A stretch of 64,000 nt of DNA from an uncultured Candidatus Rokubacteria bacterium (GTDB lineage: Bacteria > Methylomirabilota > Methylomirabilia > Rokubacteriales > CSP1-6): NCBI GenBank assembly GCA_963771355.1, contig CAVYTA010000007.1:608001-672000 (forward strand). Direction: 5' to 3'. Numbering within the stretch: the stretch's first letter is position 1; every line of letters starts with the position of its first letter. Position numbers and translations under genes: made by a program. The notes beneath the pieces are model-generated. The model did not search any database and was not told the DNA's origin. It saw only the letters and a list, made by a program, of their open reading frames with translations. This document shows, one piece after another, positions 49,434 to 62,115 of the stretch.

Positions 49434-50941
49434 GTACTCCCGTGGCCACTGCGACCCTTCTCGACGCGCTGCCGGACAAGACGGTGCTGGGCATTCCGCC
49501 GGCCACCGTGACCGGCGTGGCCTACGACTCCCGGAAAGTCGTCCCCGGCGAGTGCTTCGTGGCGGTGGCGGGCTTCAAGCAGGACGGCCGCCGCTTCATC
49601 ACCGACGCTCTCGCGCGCGGCGCGGCCCTGGTGGTGGCAGAGGGCGCCGACCCGCTGGCGGGCCAGCCCACCCCGCGCGTGCTCGTGCCCGTCGCGCGCG
49701 AGGCCCTGGCGCGACTGGCCGACGCCTACTGGGGACACCCCTCGCGTGCGCTGACCCTGGTCGGGGTCACGGGCACCAACGGCAAGACCACCACCTCCTT
49801 CCTGGTGGAGGCCCTCCTGCGCGCGGCCGGGCACCGCACCGGTCTCATCGGCACCATCCAGTACCGCGTGGGCGATCAGGCGGTGGAGGCGAGCCAGACG
49901 ACGCCGGAGGCGGTGGAGCTCCAGTCGCTGCTGGCGCGCATGCGCGACGGCGGCATCACCGGCGCGGCCATGGAAGTGTCCTCGCACGCGCTGGCTCTGT
50001 CTCGCGTGGCCGGCACCGAGTTCGACGTGGCGGTGTTCACCAACCTCACCCAGGACCACCTGGACTTCCACGGTACGCTGGAGGAGTACGCACGCGCCAA
50101 GCGGAGCCTGTTCGAGGCGCTGGCGGCGGGGACCAAGCCCCGGCGCGCGGCGGTGGTGAACGCCGACGATCCCGCGGGCGCGGGCATGGTGAGGGACCTG
50201 CGGCTGTCCACCTTGCGCTTTGGCCTGCGCTTCGGCCGCAGCGGCGCCTCGGAGATCTGGCCGCGCGCGTACACGTCCGGCATCGACGGGACGCACATGG
50301 AGGTGGAGACGCCGCGTGGCCCGCTCACCATCACGTCGCCACTGGTGGGTGACCACAACGTGATGAACCTGCTGGCCGCGGTGGGGGTGGGGATAGCCCT
50401 CGAGATCCCCCTGTCCACCATCGGGGCCGCGCTGGCCGCAGTGACCGCCGTCCCCGGGCGCTTCGAGCGGGTGGAGGCGGGGCAGCCCTTCCTGGTGGTG
50501 GTGGACTATGCGCATACCCCCGACGCCCTCGAGCGCGTGCTGACCACGGCGCGTAAGCTCGTTCCCAGCGGCGGGCGGCTGGGCGCGCTGTTCGGCTGCG
50601 GAGGGGACCGGGACCGGGGCAAGCGCCCCATCATGGGCGAGATCGCGGCGCGGCTCGCAGACCGCGTGTGGGTGACCTCGGACAATCCGCGCACCGAATC
50701 GCCGGAGGCCATCGTCGAGGAGGTGCTGGTCGGCGTGGTGCGGGTGAGCGGGGGCGCCGGCCGCCACGTGGCGATGCCCGATCGGCAGGAAGCCATCCAC
50801 GACGCGCTGGGCTGGGCGCGCGGGGGCGACGTGGTGGTGATCGCGGGGAAGGGACACGAGACGTATCAGGTCGTCGGCTCCACGGTGCTGCCGTTCGACG
50901 ATCGGGCGGTGGCGCGCGCGTTCCTGGAGCGGGCGCCATAG
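49430..50941 (+). CDS. murE: UDP-MurNAc-tripeptide synthetase (meso-DAP type)
   Basis: GTNGKTT, DYAHTPD, DNPR. Confidence 0.95.
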   Translation: MSTPVATATLLDALPDKTVLGIPPATVTGVAYDSRKVVPGECFVAVAGFKQDGRRFITDALARGAALVVAEGADPLAGQPTPRVLVPVAREALARLADAYWGHPSRALTLVGVTGTNGKTTTSFLVEALLRAAGHRTGLIGTIQYRVGDQAVEASQTTPEAVELQSLLARMRDGGITGAAMEVSSHALALSRVAGTEFDVAVFTNLTQDHLDFHGTLEEYARAKRSLFEALAAGTKPRRAAVVNADDPAGAGMVRDLRLSTLRFGLRFGRSGASEIWPRAYTSGIDGTHMEVETPRGPLTITSPLVGDHNVMNLLAAVGVGIALEIPLSTIGAALAAVTAVPGRFERVEAGQPFLVVVDYAHTPDALERVLTTARKLVPSGGRLGALFGCGGDRDRGKRPIMGEIAARLADRVWVTSDNPRTESPEAIVEEVLVGVVRVSGGAGRHVAMPDRQEAIHDALGWARGGDVVVIAGKGHETYQVVGSTVLPFDDRAVARAFLERAP

Positions 50942-50955
50942 GGAGACGCGGACGG

Positions 50956-52338
50956 ATGTTCACGGTGGAGGATGTGGTCCGGGGTACAAAGGGCGCCCTC
51001 GTCGGGGGTGATCTCGGCGTGCCCGTGAGCGAGGTGTCCATCGACACCCGTACCCTGCCCGTGGGTGCCGCCTTCTTCGCCATCCAGGGACAGACCGACG
51101 GCCACCGCCATCTGAAGGACGCGATGGCGCGCGGCGCCGCCTGCCTGGTGGTGCACGCCCTGCCCGACGATCTCCCCGCCACCGTGGCGGTGGTGCTGGT
51201 GGACGAGACGACCAAGGCGCTGGGCCGGCTGGCGGCCTATCACCGGGCGCGTTTCACGCTGCCCGTCGCCGCGGTGACCGGGTCCAACGGCAAGACCACG
51301 ACCAAGGAGATGATGGCGGGGGTGCTGGGCGGGCTGGGTCCGGTGCTCAAGCCGGAGGCGTCGTTCAACAACCAGTGGGGCCTGCCGCTCACCGTGCTCC
51401 AGCTCACCGCCGCCCACCGCGCGGTGGCGCTCGAGATCGGCACCAACCGGCCCGGCGAGATCGCGGCGCTGGCGGACATCGCGCGACCCACGGTCGCGGC
51501 GGTGACGGTGGTGTCCACCGCGCACACCGAGTTCCTGGGCTCGCTCGACGAGGTGGCCACGGAGAAGGGCGCGTTGGTGGCGGCGGTGCCGCCGGAGGGG
51601 GCGGTGGTGCTGAACGCGGACGACGCCCGCGTGCTCGGCATGCGCGCCCGCAGCCGCGCCCGCGTGCTCACGGTGAGCGCGCGTGAGCCCGCGGACGTGC
51701 GGGCGGTGGACGCGGTCGAGGAGGCCGGCGGCGGCCTCGCGGTCGCCCTGGAGATCGCGGGCGCCCGCGCCACCGCGCGGCTCGCCTTCGCGGGACGGCA
51801 CAACGTGGTCAACGCGCTCTGCGCGGCGGGCGTGGGACACGCGCTGGGTCTGCCGCTGGCCGCCATCGTGGCGGGGCTGGAGACGGCGCGCCCGGTGAAG
51901 GGGCGCTGCGTGTGGCGGCAGGCGGGCGGCGTCCGCATTCTCGACGACACCTACAACGCCAACCCGGCGTCGGTGCGCGCGGCGCTGGAGACCCTGCGGG
52001 GCGCGCGCGATGCGCGGCGGCTGGTGGTGGTGCTGGGCGACATGCTCGAGCTGGGCGACCTCTCGCCCGCCGCGCACCGGGAGGCCGGCCTCGCGGTGGC
52101 GGCGACGGGCGTCGCCGAGTTCGTGGGCGTGGGCCGCCAGGCTCGCCTCGCGGTGGAGGCGGCGCGCGGCCTCGGCCTCGCCGAGGCCCAGCACGCCTTG
52201 ACGTTCGAGGACACGGTGGCGGTGCTCCTCAAGCGGCTGGCGCCCGGCGACGCGGTGCTGGTGAAGGGCTCACGCGGGATGCGGATGGAGCGAGTGGTGG
52301 ACGCGCTCATGGCACGGCTCGGAGGGGAGGATGGCTGA
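50956..52338 (+). CDS. murF: UDP-MurNAc-pentapeptide synthetase
   Basis: GSNGKTTTKE, DDTYNANP, KGSRG. Confidence 0.95.
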   Translation: MFTVEDVVRGTKGALVGGDLGVPVSEVSIDTRTLPVGAAFFAIQGQTDGHRHLKDAMARGAACLVVHALPDDLPATVAVVLVDETTKALGRLAAYHRARFTLPVAAVTGSNGKTTTKEMMAGVLGGLGPVLKPEASFNNQWGLPLTVLQLTAAHRAVALEIGTNRPGEIAALADIARPTVAAVTVVSTAHTEFLGSLDEVATEKGALVAAVPPEGAVVLNADDARVLGMRARSRARVLTVSAREPADVRAVDAVEEAGGGLAVALEIAGARATARLAFAGRHNVVNALCAAGVGHALGLPLAAIVAGLETARPVKGRCVWRQAGGVRILDDTYNANPASVRAALETLRGARDARRLVVVLGDMLELGDLSPAAHREAGLAVAATGVAEFVGVGRQARLAVEAARGLGLAEAQHALTFEDTVAVLLKRLAPGDAVLVKGSRGMRMERVVDALMARLGGEDG

Positions 52339-53417
52339 TGCTGTACCTACTCCTCGTGCCGCTCGCCAAGGATCACATCGCCTTCAACGTCTTCCGGTAC
52401 ATCACGTTCCGGGCGGCGATGGCGACGGTGTCCGCGCTGGTGATCTGCTTCGTGGTGGGCCCCTGGCTGATTCAACGGCTGCGCGAGCTGCAGCACGGCG
52501 GGGACACCATCCGGGAGGACACCCCGGCGCGGCATCGCGCGAAGGCGGGGACGCCCACCATGGGGGGGCTCGTGATCCTGGCCGCCGTCCTCGTCTCGAC
52601 CCTCCTGTGGGCGAACCTCGCCAACCGCTACGTGTGGACGGTGATCCTCGCCACCGCCGGCCTGGGTGCCATCGGGTTCCTCGACGACTGGAAAAAGCTC
52701 CGGACGCGCAAGGGCATCTCGGCCAAGCAGAAGTTCGGCGCGCAGATCCTCTGGGTGGGCCTCCTCACCACCTCGCTCTACGTCTGGCCGCCGGACGGCT
52801 TCACCACCGGGCTCGCCATCCCTTTCTTCAAGGGCTGGCTGCTGACCCTGGGCACCCTCTGGGTGCCCTTCGCCCTGCTGGTGATCGTGGGCGCGTCGAA
52901 CGCGGTGAACCTCACCGACGGGCTGGACGGGCTGGCCATCGGGCCCATCGTGATGGCGGGGGGCGCCTTCGCGCTCATCGCCTATCTCACCGGCAACTTC
53001 CGCGCCGCCGAGTACCTCCGCATCCTGAACGTCAAGGGAACCGGCGAGCTGACGGTGTTCTGCGGGGCCCTGGTGGGAGCGGCCCTGGGCTTCCTCTGGT
53101 TCAACACCTATCCCGCCCAGGTCTTCATGGGCGACGTGGGCTCGCTCGCGCTGGGGGGCGCCATCGGCACGCTGGCGGTGCTCACCAAGTCCGAGCTGCT
53201 GCTGCCGCTCATCGGCGGCATCTACGTGGTGGAGGCGGGCTCGGTGATCATCCAGGTCGCGTCCTTCAAGCTCACCGGCCGGCGCGTGTTCAAGATGGCA
53301 CCGCTCCACCATCACTACGAGCTGCAGGGTTGGGCCGAGCCCAAGATCATCGTCCGTTTCTGGATCGTCTCATTCATGCTGGCGCTCCTCGCGCTCACTA
53401 CGCTGAAGCTCAGGTGA
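52338..53417 (+). CDS. mraY: Phospho-MurNAc-pentapeptide transferase
   Basis: GTPTMGG, NAVNLTDGLDG, FMGDVG, APLHHH. Confidence 0.96.
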   Translation: MLYLLLVPLAKDHIAFNVFRYITFRAAMATVSALVICFVVGPWLIQRLRELQHGGDTIREDTPARHRAKAGTPTMGGLVILAAVLVSTLLWANLANRYVWTVILATAGLGAIGFLDDWKKLRTRKGISAKQKFGAQILWVGLLTTSLYVWPPDGFTTGLAIPFFKGWLLTLGTLWVPFALLVIVGASNAVNLTDGLDGLAIGPIVMAGGAFALIAYLTGNFRAAEYLRILNVKGTGELTVFCGALVGAALGFLWFNTYPAQVFMGDVGSLALGGAIGTLAVLTKSELLLPLIGGIYVVEAGSVIIQVASFKLTGRRVFKMAPLHHHYELQGWAEPKIIVRFWIVSFMLALLALTTLKLR

Positions 53418-53426
53418 GGGGCGGCA

Positions 53427-54839
53427 ATGCTGGAGACTGAGATCGCGGCCATGGACAGAGGGGCGGCATACCGGCGCTGGCTCGATGGGAAGACGGTCGC
53501 CGTGGTCGGCCTCGCCAAGAGCGGGGTGGCGGCGGCGCGGCTGGTCGCACGACTGGGCGGCCACGTGCTCGCCTCGGACGCGGCGCCCCGCGAGGCCTGG
53601 TCGCCGGTGGCGCGGGGGCTCGAGTCGCCCCAGATCAAGACGTGGTCCGGCCATCCCGACGAGGCCTTCCGGGGCGCCGAGCTCGTGGTGGTGAGCCCCG
53701 GCGTGCCGCTGGAGACCCCATCACTGGTGGCGCTCCAGGCGCGCGGCGTGCCGGTGATCAGCGAGCTGGAGCTGGCCTTCCGCGTGCTGGAGGCGGAGGT
53801 CATCGCCATCACCGGGACCAATGGCAAGACCACCACCACCGCGCTGACCGGCGAGATCCTCCGGGGCCAGGTGCGCCCGGTGCTGGTGGGCGGCAATATC
53901 GGCACCCCGCTGTCCGAGGGGGCGCTGGATTTCCCCGCCGCCGGCCTCGTGGTGGCGGAGACCTCCTCCTTCCAGCTGGAAGCGACGGAGACCTTCCGCC
54001 CGCGGGTGGCCATCGTGCTCAACCTTGCCCCCGACCATCTCGACCGCCACCGCACCTACGCGCGCTACGTGGACGCCAAGGCGCGCATCTTCGCCAACCA
54101 GACGGAGGCGGACTGCGCGGTGCTCAACGCCGACGATCCCGACACGGTGGCCCTGGCCGGCCGCACCCGGGCGCGCGTGCTGTGGTTCAGCCGCCAGCGG
54201 TCGCTGGATCACGGTGTCTTCGTGCGCGACGGCTGGATCGTGGCCAAGCTCAACGGCCACGTGGAGCCGGTGGCCCCGGTGGCCGAGGTCTCGCTCCGCG
54301 GGGCCCACAACGTGGAGAACGTGCTCGCCGCCACCGCGGGGGCGCTGTGGACCGGCATGGAGCCGGCCACCATCCGGAAAGGGATCGCGATGTTTCGGGG
54401 GGTGGCGCACCGCATCGAGCGCGTGCACGACGCGCGCGGAGTCACCTTCTACAACGACTCGAAGGGGACCAACGTCGCCTCCACCATCAAGGCGCTCGAG
54501 AGCTTCCCGGAGCCGGTGGTCCTCATCGCGGGCGGCAAGGGCAAGGGCCAGGATTTCGCCCCCCTCGCCGCCGCCGCCCGGGGCCGGGTGCGCAACGCGG
54601 TGCTGATCGGGGTCGACCGCGACCAGATCCGCCGGGAGCTCGCCGCCGCCGGCATTCCCACCGAGGACGCCGAGACCATGGAGGCGGCGGTGCGGCAGGC
54701 CTCGCGGCGCGCCCGCATCGGCGACGTGGTGCTGCTGTCGCCCGCCTGCGCGTCCTTCGACATGTTCCAGAACTACGAGCATCGCGGCGAAGTGTTCAAG
54801 GACGCCGTCCGCCGCCTGGTGCCGGGGGGAGCGTCCTGA
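53427..54839 (+). CDS. murD: UDP-MurNAc-L-Ala:D-Glu ligase
   Basis: SSFQL, DHLDRH, NDSKGTN, SPACASFD. Confidence 0.95.
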   Translation: MLETEIAAMDRGAAYRRWLDGKTVAVVGLAKSGVAAARLVARLGGHVLASDAAPREAWSPVARGLESPQIKTWSGHPDEAFRGAELVVVSPGVPLETPSLVALQARGVPVISELELAFRVLEAEVIAITGTNGKTTTTALTGEILRGQVRPVLVGGNIGTPLSEGALDFPAAGLVVAETSSFQLEATETFRPRVAIVLNLAPDHLDRHRTYARYVDAKARIFANQTEADCAVLNADDPDTVALAGRTRARVLWFSRQRSLDHGVFVRDGWIVAKLNGHVEPVAPVAEVSLRGAHNVENVLAATAGALWTGMEPATIRKGIAMFRGVAHRIERVHDARGVTFYNDSKGTNVASTIKALESFPEPVVLIAGGKGKGQDFAPLAAAARGRVRNAVLIGVDRDQIRRELAAAGIPTEDAETMEAAVRQASRRARIGDVVLLSPACASFDMFQNYEHRGEVFKDAVRRLVPGGAS

Positions 54840-55962
54840 TGCCGCGCAAGCTCTCACCCGACATCTGGCTGTTCGGCGTGGTGCTGGCTCTGGTCTTGTT
54901 CGGGGTGGTGATGGTGTACTCGGCGAGCGCCATCATTGCCGCCGACCGCTTCGGGGACCCCTTCTTCTTCCTGAAGAAGCAGCTGTTCTGGGCGCTCCTG
55001 GGCGGCGGTCTCCTGTGGGCCGCGCTCCGGCTGGACTACCGCCGGCTCGAGCGCCTGGTGGTGCCTCTTGCTGGTGGTGTCCATTGCGCTGCTGGTGCTG
55101 GTCCTGGTGCCGCCCTTCGGACAGGCCATCAACGGTACCCGCCGGTGGTTCCGGATCGGGCCGCTCTCGTTCCAGCCGGTGGAGCTGGCGAAGTTCGCGC
55201 TGGTGCTCTACCTCGCCTCCTTCCTCACGCGCCGCGTGGAGGCGATCCGGAGCTTCTGGCAGGGGCTCTTCCCCATTCTCCTGGTGGCGGGGACCATGGC
55301 GCTGCTCACCCTCGTCCAGCCGGACCTGGGCAATAGCCTCGCGCTGGTGGTGCTGACCCTCGTCCTCGCCTATCTCGCGGGCGCCCGCGTGAAGCACATG
55401 GCGTGGGTGGCGGCGGCGGCGCTGCCGCTGGTGGCGCTCGCGGTCGCGCTGAAGCCGTATCGGTGGCGGCGCATGGTGGCCTTCGTCAACCCCTGGGACG
55501 ATCCGCAGGGGAGCGGATTCCAGATCATCCAGTCCTTCCTCGCGCTCGGCTCGGGTGGCCTCACCGGCCGCGGCCTGGGGGGCTCGAAGCAGAAGCTCTT
55601 CTACCTGCCGGAGCCCTACACCGATTTCATCTTCGCCATCGTGGGCGAGGAGCTGGGGCTGATCGGCGCCGTCGGCGTCATCGCGCTCTTCGCGGTGCTC
55701 ATCTGGCGGGGGCTGCGCGTCGGCCTGCGCGCTCCGGATCCCTTCGGCAGCTATCTCGCGCTCGGGCTCACCGTGATGCTGGCCACCCAGACGCTCGTGA
55801 ACCTCGGCGTGGTGCTGGGCGCGCTGCCTACCAAGGGGCTGCCGCTGCCCTTCGTCTCCTTCGGCGGCTCCGCGCTCCTCATGACCATGTTCTCGGCGGG
55901 CGTGCTGCTGAACATCTCGCAGCACGCCACCGGCGGCGCGGCGTGGGAGGAGTCCCCCGCCC

Positions 55963-55970
<8 letters not shown>
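54839..55970 (+). CDS. ftsW: SEDS peptidoglycan polymerase FtsW; frameshift at about 55067
   Basis: [39 protein letters not shown]. Confidence 0.92.
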
Positions 55971-57360
<1,390 letters not shown>

Positions 57361-57363
57361 CGC

Positions 57364-58245
57364 ATGCTCGGAGAGATCCGCGGCGAGGTGCGTTTCAAGG
57401 AGCCCCTGAGCTTCCACACGTCCTTGCGCATCGGCGGGCCGGCCGACTTCTTCATCGTGCCGCAGGACGTGGAAGACATCCGCCTGGCGCTGGCCTTCGC
57501 GGACAAGGAGGGCCTGCCCGTGGAAGTGGTGGGCGGCGGCAACAACCTCCTCGTCCGCGATCGCGGCATCCGCGGCGTGGTGCTGAAGCTCGAGGGCTGC
57601 CTGGGACGCGCCGAGTTCCACGGCGAGGAGGCGGTGGCGGGCGCGGGGGTGAGCCTGTCCGCCCTCATCCGCGAGGCGGCCGCGCTGAACCTGGGAGGGC
57701 TCGAGTGCCTGGTCGGCATCCCCGCCACCATCGGCGGCGCGGTGGCGATGAACGCGGGCACGCTGGACGGCGGCATCGGCGACTTCGTCTCGGCCGTCTA
57801 CTTCCTCCACCCCGACGGCGCCCTCGGCGAGTACAAGCCCGGGGCGGGAGCCTACGGGTACCGTTCCTTCGCCGCGCCGCCCGGCGCGGTGCTCATCGGC
57901 GCGCGGCTGCGCCTGCAGCGGCGGCCCTACGCCGAGATCCAGCGCGACATCAAGCTGCGGCTCAAGCAGAAGAAGTCCACCCAGCCGCTGGCGCTGGCCT
58001 CGGTGGGCTGTGTATGGAAGAACCCGTCCGGCGAGACCGCCTCGAGGATGATCGAGAAGGTCGGGCTCAAGGGCAAGCGGCTCAACGGGGCCGAGATCTC
58101 GGCCAAGCACGCCAACTTCATCGTCAACCGAGGGGGCGCCATGGGCGCGGACATCATGGCCCTCATGGAGCTCACCCGCGAACGGGTGCGGAACCACTTC
58201 GGGATCCGGCTCGAGCCCGAGATCCGCGTGCTCGGCGAGGGGTAG
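57364..58245 (+). CDS. murB: UDP-GlcNAc-enolpyruvate reductase
   Basis: IGGPAD, MNAG, YRS, HANFIVN. Confidence 0.93.
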   Translation: MLGEIRGEVRFKEPLSFHTSLRIGGPADFFIVPQDVEDIRLALAFADKEGLPVEVVGGGNNLLVRDRGIRGVVLKLEGCLGRAEFHGEEAVAGAGVSLSALIREAAALNLGGLECLVGIPATIGGAVAMNAGTLDGGIGDFVSAVYFLHPDGALGEYKPGAGAYGYRSFAAPPGAVLIGARLRLQRRPYAEIQRDIKLRLKQKKSTQPLALASVGCVWKNPSGETASRMIEKVGLKGKRLNGAEISAKHANFIVNRGGAMGADIMALMELTRERVRNHFGIRLEPEIRVLGEG

Positions 58246-58256
58246 GAGCGCACGCC

Positions 58257-59111
58257 ATGGGCCGTCTCTCCGTGCTGTCGCCGCGCCGTCTCGACCGCGA
58301 GCTCGAGGACTGGGGCGAGCGCCGCGCGCTGGTCGGGCATCAGCGCGTCGACCGCCGCCGGCGCGTGGCCCGGCGCGCGCGCCGCCTGGCCCCGGTGGCG
58401 CTGGCCGCCCTGGTCGTGCTCGCGCTGTCCGGGGCGGGCGCCCTGGGCGCGCGCTGGCTCCTCACCTCGCCGCGCTTCGCGGTGGCCGAGGTGGAGGTGC
58501 GCGGCGCGAGCCGGCTCGCCGCCGAGGAGATCATCGCCGCCTCCGGCATCCGGCGCGGGGTGAACCTCTGGCGGCTCGATCCTGCGGAGGTGGTGGCGGG
58601 GGTGGAGGCGCTGAGCGCGGTGCGGCGCGCGGAAGTGATCCGCGCCTTCCCGAACCGGGTCACCGTGGTGGTGGAAGAGCGCCGGCCCTTCACGCTCGTC
58701 CACGCGGGCCGCCTGCACTGGATCGACGAGAACGGGATGCCGATCGCGCGCGAGTCCAATGCGGTCGCTCCGTCCCTGCCCGTGATCAGCGGGCTCAGCT
58801 CGGAGGAGATCGCCTCCGCCACCCGGGCGCCCTCCGACCGCCTGCTCACCGGCGTCCAGCTCATCCGCACGCTCCTGCGCGCGGGGAGCCCGCTGGTCGG
58901 ACAGATCTCCGAGGTGGACGTGAGCCGGAGCGACGGCCCGGTGCTCTACACGGTGGAGGGGATCGAGGTACGCCTGGGCTCGGAGGAGTGGGACTCCCGC
59001 ATCCCGCGCCTCGCCGGCGTGCTCGCTCAGGTCGCCTCCTCGGGTCAGCCGGTAAGCACCATCGATCTACGGTTTCGCGATCAGGTCGTACTCAAACCCT
59101 TGGTCCGCTGA
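58257..59111 (+). CDS. ftsQ: Cell division protein FtsQ
   Basis: TM + POTRA, IDLRF; synteny. Confidence 0.88.
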   Translation: MGRLSVLSPRRLDRELEDWGERRALVGHQRVDRRRRVARRARRLAPVALAALVVLALSGAGALGARWLLTSPRFAVAEVEVRGASRLAAEEIIAASGIRRGVNLWRLDPAEVVAGVEALSAVRRAEVIRAFPNRVTVVVEERRPFTLVHAGRLHWIDENGMPIARESNAVAPSLPVISGLSSEEIASATRAPSDRLLTGVQLIRTLLRAGSPLVGQISEVDVSRSDGPVLYTVEGIEVRLGSEEWDSRIPRLAGVLAQVASSGQPVSTIDLRFRDQVVLKPLVR

Positions 59112-59119
59112 GGAGGCGC

Positions 59120-60352
59120 ATGGGCAGAGCGAAGGGGCGCGCGGTCATCGCGGGGCTCGACGTCGGCACCACCAAGATCTGCTGCGTGATCGCGGAGCCG
59201 ACGCCCTCGGGCGGACTGGACATCGTGGGGGTGGGCGTCAGCCCCTCGCGGGGCTTGCGCAAGGGTGTGGTGGTCAACATCGACTCCACGGTGGAGTCGA
59301 TCAAGCAGGCGGTGGCCGAGGCGGAGCAGGTGGCGGGCGTGGAGATCGCCTCGGTGGTGGCGGGGATCGCGGGCGGACACATCCGCGGCATCAACAGCCG
59401 CGGGGTGGTGGCGGTGTCCGGCAAGCTCCGCGAGGTGAGCCAGGCCGACGTGGATCGGGCCCTGGAAGCGGCCAAGGCCGTCAACCTGCCTCCGGACCGC
59501 GAGATCATCCACGTGCTTCCGCAGACCTTCGTGGTGGACGACCAGGACGGGATCAAGGAGCCGGTCGGCATGTCGGGCGTGCGGCTCGAGGTGGAGGTGC
59601 ACCTGGTCACCGGCGCCGTCACCTCGGTGCAGAACGTGATCCGCAGCGTGAATCGCGCCGGGCTGGCGGTGCAGGACATCGTGCTGGAGCCCCTGGCCTC
59701 CTCGGAAGCGGTGGTCTCTCCGGAGGAGAAGGAGCTGGGCATTCTCCTGGTGGACCTGGGCGGGGGCACCACCGACGCCGCCCTCTTCCGCGACGGCGCC
59801 CTCTGGTATACGGGCATTCTCCCGCTGGGCGGCGACCACATCTCCAATGACATCGCGGTCGGCCTGCGCACGCCCACGTCCGACGCGGAAGAGCTGAAGA
59901 AGCGCTATGGGTGTGCGCTGACCGCGCTGGTGCGCGAGGACGAGACCATCGACGTGCCGAGCGTGGGCGGGCGCAAGCCGCGCCAGCTCTCGCGCCAGAT
60001 CCTGTCCGAGATCGTCCAGCCGCGGGTGGAGGAGATCTTCACCCTGGTTGCCCGGGATCTGACCCGGGCCGGCCTGCAGGACGTGGCGGCGGGGGGCGTG
60101 GTGGTGACGGGCGGGACGTCCATCATGCACGGGGTCCCGGAGCTCGCCGAGCAGATCTTCGATCTTCCCGTGCGCCGGGGCGTCCCCGGCGACATCGGAG
60201 GACTGGCGGACGTGGTGCGGAGTCCGATATATTCGACGGCGGTGGGCCTGGCGCGGTACGGCGCCCGGGGGCAGCGGTCCGGTGCGCCCATCGATGGCGC
60301 CGACGGCTCACTCGGGAATCGTCTCCGCGAATGGCTCGCGAAGCTTTTCTAA
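59120..60352 (+). CDS. ftsA: Cell division protein FtsA
   Basis: [25 protein letters not shown]. Confidence 0.96.
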   Translation: MGRAKGRAVIAGLDVGTTKICCVIAEPTPSGGLDIVGVGVSPSRGLRKGVVVNIDSTVESIKQAVAEAEQVAGVEIASVVAGIAGGHIRGINSRGVVAVSGKLREVSQADVDRALEAAKAVNLPPDREIIHVLPQTFVVDDQDGIKEPVGMSGVRLEVEVHLVTGAVTSVQNVIRSVNRAGLAVQDIVLEPLASSEAVVSPEEKELGILLVDLGGGTTDAALFRDGALWYTGILPLGGDHISNDIAVGLRTPTSDAEELKKRYGCALTALVREDETIDVPSVGGRKPRQLSRQILSEIVQPRVEEIFTLVARDLTRAGLQDVAAGGVVVTGGTSIMHGVPELAEQIFDLPVRRGVPGDIGGLADVVRSPIYSTAVGLARYGARGQRSGAPIDGADGSLGNRLREWLAKLF

Positions 60353-60380
60353 CCGCGTGGCCAAGGCAAAGGAGGCGAGG

Positions 60381-61544
60381 ATGGAGCAGGGACGGGGACG
60401 GCGCCCGATGTTCGAGATCGACGAGGAGCGTGAAGTCGCCAAGATCAAGGTGATCGGCCTCGGCGGCGGCGGCTCGAATGCCGTGAACCGGATGATGGCG
60501 GCCCGCTTCACCGGCGTGGAGTTCATCGTCGCCAACACCGATCTGCAGGCGCTCCGCTCCTCGCCCGCGCCCTACAAGATCCAGCTCGGAGCCAAGCTCA
60601 CCAGCGGGCTCGGCGCCGGCTCCAATCCCGAGGTCGGGAGGAGCGCCGCCCAGGAAGACCGCGACGAGATCCGCCAGGTGCTGGAAGGCGCCGACATGGT
60701 CTTCGTCACCGCGGGGCTCGGGGGCGGGACCGGCACCGGCGCGGCGCCGGTGGTGGCGGCGGTGGCGAAGGATCTGGGCATCCTCACCGTGGCGGTGGTC
60801 ACCAAGCCCTTCCACTTCGAGGGGCGCCGGCGGCAGCAGCAGGCCGAGACGGGTCTGGCCGAGCTGCGCGCGGTGGTGGATACCCTCATCTCCATCCCCA
60901 ATCAGCGTCTCCTCGCGGTGGTGGACCGCGGCACCCCGCTGGTGGAGGCGTTCAAGGTCGCCGACACCGTGCTGCTCCAGGCGGTGCAGGGCATCTCGGA
61001 TCTCATCCTCGTGCCCGGCCTCATCAACCTCGACTTCGCCGACGTGCGCACCATCATGTCCGGCATGGGCATGGCGCTGATGGGCGCAGGGACGGGCAAG
61101 GGCCAGAACCGCGCGCTCGACGCCGCGCAGAAGGCGGTCGCCAGCCCGCTGCTCGACGAGACCTCCATCGAGGGCGCCCGGGGCATCCTCATCAACTTCA
61201 CCGGCGGCAGCGATCTCTCCATCCACGAGGTGGAGGAGGCGGCCAAGATCGTCCAGGAGGCGGCGCACGAGGAGGCCAACATCATCTTCGGCGCGGTGAT
61301 CGACGAGACGCTCCAGGACGAGGTGCGCATCACCGTCATCGCCACCGGCTTCACCGAGCGCAAGGTGGAGATGGGCCCGTCTCCCACCAAGGTGGTGGAT
61401 CTGCCCTCGCGTCCCTCGCGGGCGCCCGCTCCGGGTGGGTCCTGGCGCCGCCGCGTGATGCCCGACGCGCGCGGGGAGGGCGGCGAGCAGGGCGTCGAGG
61501 AGGACCTGGACGTGCCGGCTTTCCTCCGCCGGCAGGCCGACTAG
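60381..61544 (+). CDS. ftsZ: Cell division protein FtsZ
   Basis: [30 protein letters not shown] (alternative start 60408). Confidence 0.97.
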   Translation: MEQGRGRRPMFEIDEEREVAKIKVIGLGGGGSNAVNRMMAARFTGVEFIVANTDLQALRSSPAPYKIQLGAKLTSGLGAGSNPEVGRSAAQEDRDEIRQVLEGADMVFVTAGLGGGTGTGAAPVVAAVAKDLGILTVAVVTKPFHFEGRRRQQQAETGLAELRAVVDTLISIPNQRLLAVVDRGTPLVEAFKVADTVLLQAVQGISDLILVPGLINLDFADVRTIMSGMGMALMGAGTGKGQNRALDAAQKAVASPLLDETSIEGARGILINFTGGSDLSIHEVEEAAKIVQEAAHEEANIIFGAVIDETLQDEVRITVIATGFTERKVEMGPSPTKVVDLPSRPSRAPAPGGSWRRRVMPDARGEGGEQGVEEDLDVPAFLRRQAD

Positions 61545-61668
61545 GCCCGCTCCGGACGGCGGCGTCGCTCGCGGAGGACTGTCCCCGCTCCGCGACCACT
61601 CGATCACTCTCTTGCCCGACCGCAGGCGGAGATAGTGCCCGCAGGACGCGTGAGAGAATGGACGCGCG

Positions 61669-62115
61669 ATGATCGCCTTCCTGACCCGGCCCAGCACGCC
61701 GCCCGCGCAAGCGCTCCCGCGGCTGCGCGGCGCGCCCGCCGACCTTCGCCCGCGCGTGGTGGTGGCGCGGGTGGGGCAGGCGGGTGACGATGCGGCGCTG
61801 GCCGACCGTCTCGCGACCATGAAGATCGCGGCGCGCCCCACCGAGCGTGACGCCGCCGATCCCCTCGTCGCGGGCTGGCTCGGCGCGCCGTCGGATGATC
61901 CGGTCCGCGGCGCGGCGCTGCTCGATCTCTTTCTCCTGGGCGGCGGATGGCCGCTGCTCGACTCCGTGCTCGCGCGCCTGGAAGCGATGCCGGCCGGTGC
62001 CTCGCGGGCGTTCCGGCTGGAGGCGCTGGGAGGTCTCGCCGGCGTGCGCCCTGCGGCAGACGTGCTCCCGTCGCCGGCGGACTTTCTCCCCGGCGGCGCC
62101 CCCTTCGCGGCATGA
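61669..62115 (+). CDS. Hypothetical protein
   Basis: 148-aa ORF with ATGA overlap into pgeF. Confidence 0.5.
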   Translation: MIAFLTRPSTPPAQALPRLRGAPADLRPRVVVARVGQAGDDAALADRLATMKIAARPTERDAADPLVAGWLGAPSDDPVRGAALLDLFLLGGGWPLLDSVLARLEAMPAGASRAFRLEALGGLAGVRPAADVLPSPADFLPGGAPFAA

